Source: Candidatus Eiseniibacteriota bacterium
Lineage (GTDB): Bacteria > Eisenbacteria > RBG-16-71-46 > CAZAMP01
Length of the DNA stretch: 64,000 nt
Direction of reading: 5' to 3'
Assembly (NCBI GenBank): GCA_965224245.1
Contig: OZ245046.1
Coordinates: 6,336,001 to 6,400,000, forward strand
This document shows, in pieces, positions 1-7,948 of the stretch. Each line of letters starts with the position of its first letter. Positions within the stretch are counted from its first letter, which is position 1. The notes beneath the pieces are model-generated. The model was not told the DNA's origin. It was given only the letters and a program-made list of their open reading frames with translations, and searched no databases. The translations under genes and the position numbers were made by a program.

Positions 1-1
1 A

Positions 2-679
2 CTGCGCACCGAAGATGCACGACCGGCGACTCGAGTCGCTTCTGCCCCGGGGCGAATGCCGACCGTGCGGCTTCTGGCCAGGAGGGGAGACCTCTTCGGC
101 GTTGCCCGATCGTTCGGCACGGCGATCCCGGGGTGGATCGCCGTCTCCTACGTACTCGGGAGCTGGCTCGGTGGCTGGTTCGGATCACTGGCGTCGGGAT
201 GGGTGAGAGGTCCGGTGATCGACCCCACGTGGATCGTGCTGCGGCTCTGCGTTGGAGTGAGCCTGGCATGGGTCGTGACGCGACACTGGAGCGCCTGGCG
301 TGCACATGCGACGTGGGGAGGAGCTGTGGTGTGTGTGAATGCGTTTGCGTACGTGTTCTTGCCGCTACTCCGCGGCGGGCAGTTCACCGTTGGGGGATAC
401 GTCATCGAGTACGCTGTCGGCACGCTGCTCGATGGCGCGCTGCTGCTGCCCGCGTTGCACGCCGTCACGCGACTGGTCGGCATACGGTGGTGGAGTATGG
501 CGACCGGTGGCGTGGTTGCCGAGCTCGCCACCCGGGCACTGCTGCCCGACCCGTATGGTATCCCGCACTGGAGCTGGGGGGCGGTGACCGAGGGGGCGAT
601 TCTCGGCCTGCTGATCTTTCCTGCCATCTGTGTACATGGCGCGGGCCGGGTGGCGCCGACGGAGACGACGATCGTCTAG
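2..679 (+). CDS. Multi-pass membrane protein, probably the C-terminal part of a gene starting upstream of the window
   Basis: Frame is open from position 2 through the ATG at 56 to TAG at 679; about six hydrophobic segments. Confidence 0.6.
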   Translation: MRTEDARPATRVASAPGRMPTVRLLARRGDLFGVARSFGTAIPGWIAVSYVLGSWLGGWFGSLASGWVRGPVIDPTWIVLRLCVGVSLAWVVTRHWSAWRAHATWGGAVVCVNAFAYVFLPLLRGGQFTVGGYVIEYAVGTLLDGALLLPALHAVTRLVGIRWWSMATGGVVAELATRALLPDPYGIPHWSWGAVTEGAILGLLIFPAICVHGAGRVAPTETTIV

Positions 680-1102
680 GACGGAGCGGGAGACGTCCGA
701 CTCCTCGGCCAGGCCCCTCAGGGTCGCCAGCCCGGCACATAAACGACCATATGGCTTAGCGTTACGATCCGATCGCCACGGGGGAGAGCCGGTCTCCGGC
801 CGCCAGTCCCTCCAGCGGTCCGGGGCGTCGTTGGCGAATCATGGCCGGCCCGGTGAAGGTTCTCCGGCGCGAGTTTCGGTTTCTCTGGCGAGGCGAGCAT
901 CGTGTCGGAGACGCCCGCGCACCCCGAGACCCTGCCGCCTCGAAGCAAATCAGTCCGGAGATGTGACTGGCCATCAGAGACGACCCGAGCGTGGCGGTGA
1001 AGCGGATGCTCTCCAGTACATCGCCGCACAGCGACATCCTCGCCAGTGGCGCCGCCAGTCGACCGGCCGAATGGAAAGCGCTCGTCAATGAAAGGGGTCT
1101 AC

Positions 1103-3934
1103 ATGTTCGCCAGGACGTCAGGTTCTCGCAGGGGTTGGTCGCTCATTGCCGCAACTGCCCTCTTTGCCAGCAGTACCCATGCCGGCGACGGCACCGTTGA
1201 TGGAGATCTGCAGACGATCAACCTCACGGTGCTGTTTCGGTATCCACCGACACTGGCCGATGTCGAGGAGGCCAAGACCTCTATCGAGGAGACCAGTCGG
1301 ATTCTCTGTGACATCACCGAAGGGCAAGTGAGACTGGGAACGATCAAGCTTCGCAGCAGCGCCTGCGACGACTGTGGATTCAACGTCGCCAACGGGGACA
1401 TACATCTCTCTCCCAGTGAGAACTGTGCCGCCGCCAATGGCAGTGGCTGTGCGAAGTTCGACGAAATGTGCAGCGCCCTCGGAAAGTCCGGAACGGGAGT
1501 GTTCCTGAGTCGGTGCCACCTCTCCAATCCCGTCAGCTGGGCACACGAGCTAGGGCACTACGTGTTCAATCTCAACGACGCCTATCCGGCTGGCGATTGC
1601 AGAGTCGGTAGCTCCGGCGAAATCGAGCGGCCGCCATACGCCCCGCTGCTTCCATGTTCCGACATCGATCAGACCACCACGAGCATCATGCTCGCTTTCG
1701 AGTGTGGAGGCTCGGCCGACTACACCGAGCTGACGACGGACGCGACGTTCCCGCCATTGTCCGGGCTGGGGTTTCCATGTTTGGACGAGCTTCCATGTGC
1801 GGACGAGGATGATGTCTTCGGTCCGCCCCCACTGTGTGATCCCGATCTCGCCTGCGACTACACGATCTGCTATGACGGCTATCACAACGAGCACGTAGAC
1901 GAGAGGGGCCACCCGCGATGCAAGGCCTTTGATCCCAGCTCCTGTGAGTACGTCTGGCCCGCCCATGCCTGGTGGAGCTACTACCACCTTGGCGAGGTCG
2001 TGTCGGAGCTCGAGTTCGCGGCCAAGACGATGCAGAAGCTGAACGGCGGCGTCCCCTTCTTCACGACCATCGAGACGGGAGTCCCGGATCCATGGGTCCC
2101 GCCGGGGCGGGAGGCGTTCTGCACCGATCCCGACTATCCCAACATCGTCGATGAGATCGACCTCCCCAACCAGGTGATGCTCCTCCTCGACCGATCCGGA
2201 AGCATGTACTGGCCCGAAGGCCCGTGTGAGCAGACATGCTGCGAGGGCATGCCCTGCGGCCCGGACTGCGACACTCCCGCTTGCTGTGGTCAATGCCCGG
2301 CCAGCTGGGAATCGCGAATGAAGAAGCTCAAGAGGACCGTGACGAACTACCTCGAGCTCGTCCGCGAGGTGCCCCTCGAGGGCATCGAGGTCGGTGTCAT
2401 GTCCTTCGATTGCGATGTCACGTCGGAAGTAGAACTTCGGCCCGTGACCGATGATTCCTATGACGACGTGTTCGTGCCTGCCATCAACGACCTGACACCG
2501 GGCGGCCGAACCTCGATCGCCGACGCCCTTCATGCGGCCGGCCAGAGCCTCGGTGGAGGCTCTGGAAAGGCCGTGTTCCTGGTCACGGACGGATTCGAGA
2601 ACTGCAGCGAGAGCGATGTCGATACGGCAATTCTGGAGCTGAAAGACCTGGGCGTGAACATCTACGCCATCTCGTTCGGCGCTTCCTTCGCGAGTACCCA
2701 GATGATGAAGGCCGCCGAGGCAACCCGCGGAAACTACATGAGCGTTCCGATCGCGCGCGAGCTGGGGCCGGCCTTCAGCCGTCAGTGGGCCGCGCTCGTG
2801 AATGCCGGCCTCGTCATTCCGCAACTACCCTATGCGGTATGGCCCTTCGGCACCACGGAGCCGCCGAGCGAGGCCCGAGGCATCGAGCACTGGCTTGCCG
2901 GTGATGACGATCCTCCCGGCGACCCGGAGTTCCCGTATCGCTCGAACACGTTCAATGCTCACGTGGAGGAAGGCACCGAAAAGCTCATCGTCTCGCTGGC
3001 CGGAACGATGGACGACATGTCCAAGTTCGCGGTCCGGGCGCTTCTGGATGGACCACCCGGACCCAACCCCACGCACTATGACACGGAGGTGCCCGATCCC
3101 CTCATGTCGGTGTTCAGCCGTTCCTACTACCTGCTGTTCGAGATTCAGGATCCAAATCCGGGGACGTGGCGGATTGCGGTGGAGGCGAATCCGGAGATGC
3201 CCGACGAGACCGTTCACACCGGCTACATCACGGTGATGTCACGCGCCGGAGAGCAGCGCGTGTTCGCCAGCCTGGATAAGGGTGTCGTGGAGGAGGAAAC
3301 GGAAGGAGTCGAGCTCTCCGTCGTGCCGCGCTTCCAGAGCATGCCGATCGGCAACGCCCACATCTTCGCGACGCTCGTGCGACCGGACGGGAGTGTCGTA
3401 GGTCCCCTGGACATGGAGGGTGGGGTACTGCCCGGAGAGTCGTACCTCGGGTTCGTCGATCCTGCGGACATCGCGCTTCCCGGCCTCTACGAGGTTCGCG
3501 TGGGTTGCTGGGTACAGAACGGAGACTCCTGGGCGAGCTGGGGACCGGGTCTACCAGAGGTCGACGTCCCGACGTTCAGGCGTGCCGCGTCGCGGTACTT
3601 CGTGGCGACCGTGGACTCAACCACGACCTCCGTGATGCCCCAGACCGGCGTGGAGCCCGGAACGCTCCAGTGGGCGCAACCGAGCCCATTCCGAGGCACC
3701 ACTCTGCTGAACTTCACGCTGCCGACGCCGTCCGACGCGACTCTCACGGTCTACGATGTCGCCGGTCGGGTCGTGCGTGTGCTCGTCGACGATCGCCGTG
3801 GTCAAGGAGTCCACACGGCCAGATGGGACGGCCGTGATGATCGTGGATCACGTGTCGCCAGCGGCATGTATCTCGTGAAGCTCGTTGCCGGCGGCCTCGA
3901 GCAGACGACGAACGTGGTGTTCCTGGGAGACTGA
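1103..3934 (+). CDS. Secreted CLCA-like zinc metalloprotease with Cys-rich region, vWA domain and FlgD-Ig/T9SS-like CTD
   Basis: RBS AAAGGGG before ATG 1103; signal peptide; WAHELGH zincin motif; vWA MIDAS LLDRSGS...T..VTDG; CTD PSPF...VYDVAGRVVR...WDGRDDRG..VASGMY. Confidence 0.8.
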   Translation: MFARTSGSRRGWSLIAATALFASSTHAGDGTVDGDLQTINLTVLFRYPPTLADVEEAKTSIEETSRILCDITEGQVRLGTIKLRSSACDDCGFNVANGDIHLSPSENCAAANGSGCAKFDEMCSALGKSGTGVFLSRCHLSNPVSWAHELGHYVFNLNDAYPAGDCRVGSSGEIERPPYAPLLPCSDIDQTTTSIMLAFECGGSADYTELTTDATFPPLSGLGFPCLDELPCADEDDVFGPPPLCDPDLACDYTICYDGYHNEHVDERGHPRCKAFDPSSCEYVWPAHAWWSYYHLGEVVSELEFAAKTMQKLNGGVPFFTTIETGVPDPWVPPGREAFCTDPDYPNIVDEIDLPNQVMLLLDRSGSMYWPEGPCEQTCCEGMPCGPDCDTPACCGQCPASWESRMKKLKRTVTNYLELVREVPLEGIEVGVMSFDCDVTSEVELRPVTDDSYDDVFVPAINDLTPGGRTSIADALHAAGQSLGGGSGKAVFLVTDGFENCSESDVDTAILELKDLGVNIYAISFGASFASTQMMKAAEATRGNYMSVPIARELGPAFSRQWAALVNAGLVIPQLPYAVWPFGTTEPPSEARGIEHWLAGDDDPPGDPEFPYRSNTFNAHVEEGTEKLIVSLAGTMDDMSKFAVRALLDGPPGPNPTHYDTEVPDPLMSVFSRSYYLLFEIQDPNPGTWRIAVEANPEMPDETVHTGYITVMSRAGEQRVFASLDKGVVEEETEGVELSVVPRFQSMPIGNAHIFATLVRPDGSVVGPLDMEGGVLPGESYLGFVDPADIALPGLYEVRVGCWVQNGDSWASWGPGLPEVDVPTFRRAASRYFVATVDSTTTSVMPQTGVEPGTLQWAQPSPFRGTTLLNFTLPTPSDATLTVYDVAGRVVRVLVDDRRGQGVHTARWDGRDDRGSRVASGMYLVKLVAGGLEQTTNVVFLGD

Positions 3935-4002
3935 CACCCGCAGGAAGCGAAGACCATCGCCCATGCAACGTCCCGTGGGCGACCGCGTGAGTCCTCGACC
4001 GG

Positions 4003-4034
4003 GAGCCGGATGTGGGAACCCCCACGTCCGGCTC
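4003..4034. terminator. 14-bp stem-loop downstream of the vWA protease gene (no U-tract)
   Basis: GAGCCGGATGTGGG-AACC-CCCACGTCCGGCTC, one G-U pair. Confidence 0.4.
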
Positions 4035-4313
4035 GGCCAGCGGGAGTCCCCGCCACGTCCCGACTTTGGCAACGTACGAGAGTCGTGGCCCGACAGGAGT
4101 GTGGTAAGGTCGGGGGGCTGTACGAAGTCATCCATCCCAAGCTCTCACTGACCGCGGTCGCCGGTCCGGGTTGCCGGCGGCCAGGCGATCGTCATCGGCG
4201 ACTTCACCGAAGCGATACGACGTGCGTTGTGAGGCGACTCGATCTCGAGACGCGTCCGTCACGACCCGACGCTCCCACCGTATGGTCCCAACACGCGTGG
4301 AGGCTCTGAAGAC

Positions 4314-7151
4314 GTGAGTAGAGGGCTTCGGCCGGACGACCGGATCTCCCACTACCGCGTGGTGCGACCGCTTGGCTCCGGCGGGATGGGAGAGGTGTAC
4401 CTGGCGCACGATGAGGATCTGGAGCGAGACGTCGCCCTCAAGGTCCTCCCGACCGACATGGTGCGGAACCAGGAACGTGTTCGCCGGTTCGTTCGCGAGG
4501 CCAAGTCCACGTCCTCGCTCAATCATCCCAACATCGTGGCGATCTATGAGATCGGGAACGAGCGTGTGATCGCCGGGGAAGACGGCGAGTCCGCGTCCGA
4601 TCCGATCCACTTCATCTCCATGGAGCTCGTGACCGGAGACACCCTGGGCGACCGGATTCGCTCGCGCGAGACCCCACTCCCGACCCTGCTCGAGTGCCTC
4701 GTGCAAGCCGCGGAGGGACTCGCGAAGGCGCACGGTGCGGGCATCGTTCATCGCGATCTCAAGCCTTCGAACATCATGATCTCGGACGACGGGTACGCAA
4801 AGGTGCTCGACTTCGGGCTGGCCAAGCTCCTCGAGCCCGAGTTGCTCCCGGGAGACCTGTCCAATGCCACCACCGCTTCGCTACAGATGACGGGGAGCGG
4901 CGCTCTGCTGGGAACCGTGGGGTACATGTCGCCCGAGCAGATTCAGGGGAAAGCGGTCGATCATCGGTCAGACATCTTCTCCTTCGGCTGTGTCCTCTAC
5001 GAGTGCGTCACCGGGGAGCGTGCCTTTCGAGCGGACACCGACGTGGGGACCTTGCATCAGATCCTGCACCAGGCGCCGGCTCCGATCGAGGAGCGAAGCC
5101 CGGACGTGCCTCGTGCGCTGCAGCGGCTGATCCGGCGCTGCCTCGTGCGAGACCCGGACCGGCGACTGCAGTCGATGAAGGACCTGGCCATCGAGCTCCA
5201 TGAAATCGTCGACGAGTACGAGGCACTCCTATCGCCCGGCGGATCCTCCGCCGCGCCGAGATCCGGGACTCGGCCGGTGATCGGGAGCGGTCGCTTCCCA
5301 GCGGTGCTCGCAGGTATCGTCGCCGTCGTGGCCCTGGTCACGATCGTCCTCGGTCTCGACGCCTTGCTGCGCGGATCGGAATCGCTATCGCCCGGCGAGA
5401 TGTCGCCGGCTCCTCCTCGCGTCACGGGAATCCAGAGCGATGTCGCGGCGTGCGCGCTGTCCCCCGACGGGAAGTACCTGGCCTACACGGAAGGGTTCAT
5501 GGGGCGCGAGGGGCTCTGGATCCGCCAGCTGGCCACCGGGAGCAGCGTGCAGCTGTCTGCTGCGGTTCAGGACGTCAGCGAGTCCATCAGCTTCTCACCG
5601 GACGGGAGCTACGTCTACTTCGGGGGCCAGAGCCTCGATAGTGACCTCGTGACGGTCTACCGGGTCCCGTCCCTCGGGGGGTCGCCGCAGAGTATCCTCG
5701 CCGACGTCGATAGTCGGTTGAGCTTCTCGCCGGACGGGAGGCAGGCGTGCTTTCGGCGGGGGAAGCTGGACAAGTCAGCCGTCGTCGCCACGGATCTGAT
5801 CCTCGTCGATCTGGAGACAGGTGAAGAGGAGGTGCTTCTGCATGGCCCGGGGTTCACCTTCCGCAGTCCGGCGTGGTCCCCCTCCGGGGAGAGGATCGCG
5901 GCATTCCACGGAGATCCGGACACCCTCCTCGTCATCGACGCCGTGACCGGAGAGTACGAGCCGCTGGGTCGTGTCTGGTACGAGGCGTCGTCATGCGCGT
6001 GGTTGCCGAACGAGCGTGGGGTGATCGTGACCGCGCAGGGGGCTCCGGACGAGCACGCCCAGATCTGGAGCGTCAACCATCCGGACGGCGTCGTGCGGCG
6101 ACTCACCGCAGACCAGGACTCCTACGGCGACGTCAGCGTGACCGCCGATGGACGCGTCTTGGCTGCACGCAGGGTGGTGTGGCCCGTCAGCCTCTGGTCG
6201 GCGCCCGTGGCGGGAGAGCCGGACCCGCGACGGCTGTTGAGGAGTGCGGGAGGCACCGGTGGCATGGAGATGTTCTTCGACTTCGTGGATGACGGACACA
6301 TCGTGGCCACCTGGGACGGACAGCTGCAGCTGCTGGACGGACAGGGCCGGTTGTTTCGCTCGGTCACCGATACACCCGGCACTCGCAGTTTCAGCCCGTG
6401 GGCGTCGCCGGGTGGGATCCTGTTCGAGCGATTCACGCTGGAGGAGGAGGCGCATCACATATGGCGCGTCGATCTCGCCAGCGGCACGCCGAGTCGGCTC
6501 ACCTCGGGCCCCGAAGAGCACATCCTGTTCAGCTCGCCGCACGGATACATCTATCGCGTGGAGAGAATCGCCGACGAGCTGTTCATCGGGTCCGTGACGG
6601 GGCAGGGGCCTCGCAGGATCCCGGGTACCTCGCCTTGCGCCATCTCCCCGGATGGCAGGTGGGTGTTCAACGCCCTCTACGAGGATCCGTCAGGCCCACG
6701 GCGCCTCGTGGTCCGAGCGATGGACACGCTGGAGCCACAGCTCGAGTTCGACCTGGCCCGCCCATCCGGCATCGCGTGGACGCCGGAGAGCGATGCGGTT
6801 GCTCACGTCATCCGTGTCGGAGAGAGTCAGCAAATCGTCCTCCAGCCACTGGACGGGGGCCAGAGGCGCACTCTCGTGAGAATCAGCCCACCCCACCTGG
6901 GTGTCCTGGGGGACAATGTGTGGCACTCCTTCCGCTGGTCTCCCGATGGAGAGCAGCTCTGTCTGAGGTTCTGGGAGAATGGCGTGAACAATCTCAGGGT
7001 CGTCCCTTCTTCCGGCGGAGAACCCCGGCCGATCACGAACTTCAGCGCCGGTCTCATCTACCACTGGGACTGGGCGCCCGACAGTCGGAGCGTGTACTTC
7101 ACCGCCGGGGACTTGGAGCAGGACGCGGTGCTGATCCACGACTTCGAGTAG
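4314..7151 (+). CDS. Hanks-type Ser/Thr protein kinase with one TM helix and extracytoplasmic TolB/PD40-like beta-propeller
   Basis: LGSGGMGEVY, VALK, HRDLKPSN, DFG, GTVGYMSPEQ; TM AVLAGIVAVVALVTIVLGL; repeated [FW]SPDG motifs. Confidence 0.92.
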   Translation: MSRGLRPDDRISHYRVVRPLGSGGMGEVYLAHDEDLERDVALKVLPTDMVRNQERVRRFVREAKSTSSLNHPNIVAIYEIGNERVIAGEDGESASDPIHFISMELVTGDTLGDRIRSRETPLPTLLECLVQAAEGLAKAHGAGIVHRDLKPSNIMISDDGYAKVLDFGLAKLLEPELLPGDLSNATTASLQMTGSGALLGTVGYMSPEQIQGKAVDHRSDIFSFGCVLYECVTGERAFRADTDVGTLHQILHQAPAPIEERSPDVPRALQRLIRRCLVRDPDRRLQSMKDLAIELHEIVDEYEALLSPGGSSAAPRSGTRPVIGSGRFPAVLAGIVAVVALVTIVLGLDALLRGSESLSPGEMSPAPPRVTGIQSDVAACALSPDGKYLAYTEGFMGREGLWIRQLATGSSVQLSAAVQDVSESISFSPDGSYVYFGGQSLDSDLVTVYRVPSLGGSPQSILADVDSRLSFSPDGRQACFRRGKLDKSAVVATDLILVDLETGEEEVLLHGPGFTFRSPAWSPSGERIAAFHGDPDTLLVIDAVTGEYEPLGRVWYEASSCAWLPNERGVIVTAQGAPDEHAQIWSVNHPDGVVRRLTADQDSYGDVSVTADGRVLAARRVVWPVSLWSAPVAGEPDPRRLLRSAGGTGGMEMFFDFVDDGHIVATWDGQLQLLDGQGRLFRSVTDTPGTRSFSPWASPGGILFERFTLEEEAHHIWRVDLASGTPSRLTSGPEEHILFSSPHGYIYRVERIADELFIGSVTGQGPRRIPGTSPCAISPDGRWVFNALYEDPSGPRRLVVRAMDTLEPQLEFDLARPSGIAWTPESDAVAHVIRVGESQQIVLQPLDGGQRRTLVRISPPHLGVLGDNVWHSFRWSPDGEQLCLRFWENGVNNLRVVPSSGGEPRPITNFSAGLIYHWDWAPDSRSVYFTAGDLEQDAVLIHDFE

Positions 7152-7157
7152 ATCCGC

Positions 7158-7180
7158 ACACGAGTTCTCGGGAGGGACAG
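7158..7180 (+). repeat. Copy of dispersed intergenic 23-bp motif (RTTYYYGG-N6-CRR)
   Basis: ACACGA GTTCTCGG GAGGGA CAG, 7 nt after the kinase stop codon; aligns with copies at 43261, 52031, 52052, 54304 and 59139. Confidence 0.5.
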
Positions 7181-7267
7181 TTGCCGAAGCACTGCCATCG
7201 GAGGGCGCCGTGACGTCGCTCGAGTCCTCGGATACACGCGATCAGGCGCCCGGACCTGGAGCGAGAC

Positions 7268-7933
7268 GTGAGTGGTGATCGACACGCGAACGACGATGCA
7301 CGCGCCGGCGACGGTTCGCTGCCCGGCGGCGACACGTCCGACTGGAGAGATCTCCCTCCCGCCGCGGATCCACAGGAGGTCACGAGCGTTCTGCGCGAGG
7401 CCTCGCAAGGCGACGGCAAGGCGGTCGACCGGCTGATGCCCATCGTGTACGGGGAGCTGCGACGGCTTGCCCAGAGCTTCCTCCACCGCGAGCGTGCCGA
7501 TCACACGCTCCAGGCCACGGCGCTCGTGCACGAGGCGTACCTTCGCCTCATCGACCAGTCACGCGTCGAGTGGCAGGGCCGGGCCCACTTCTTCGCGGTC
7601 GCCTCGCAGGCCATCCGTCGCATCCTCGTCGACCACGCCCGATCGCGCGGCCGGAAGAAGCGCGGCGGCGATCTCCGGAAGCTGTCGCTCGACGACGTGC
7701 CCACTCTCGGCGGCGACGTCACCTACACGGACCTCGTCGCGCTGGACGAGGCGCTCGCGCGATTCTCCGCCGAGAAGCCGAAGCAGGCACAGGCCGTGGT
7801 GATGCGGTTTTTCGGCGGGCTCACGAACCAGGAGGTGGCCGAGGTCATGGGCGTGACCACGCGTACGGTGGAGAGCTACTGGCAGTTCGGGCGCGCATGG
7901 CTCTACCGGGAGCTCTCCCGCGGCGAGGACTGA
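7268..7933 (+). CDS. ECF sigma-70 factor, kinase-associated TIGR02999-like family
   Basis: LMPIVYGELRRLA, HTLQATALVHEAYLRL, HFFAVASQAIRRILVDHAR, RFFGGLT..EVAE, W.F.RAWL; flanked by Ser/Thr kinase genes. Confidence 0.92.
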   Translation: MSGDRHANDDARAGDGSLPGGDTSDWRDLPPAADPQEVTSVLREASQGDGKAVDRLMPIVYGELRRLAQSFLHRERADHTLQATALVHEAYLRLIDQSRVEWQGRAHFFAVASQAIRRILVDHARSRGRKKRGGDLRKLSLDDVPTLGGDVTYTDLVALDEALARFSAEKPKQAQAVVMRFFGGLTNQEVAEVMGVTTRTVESYWQFGRAWLYRELSRGED

Positions 7934-7948
7934 GCGCCGCGCGATCCG

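Noticed and set aside
4003-4034. Group II intron domain V
   Set aside because: It pairs better as a plain hairpin without the 2-nt bulge or the G-U at the triad; no domain VI or reverse transcriptase is nearby.
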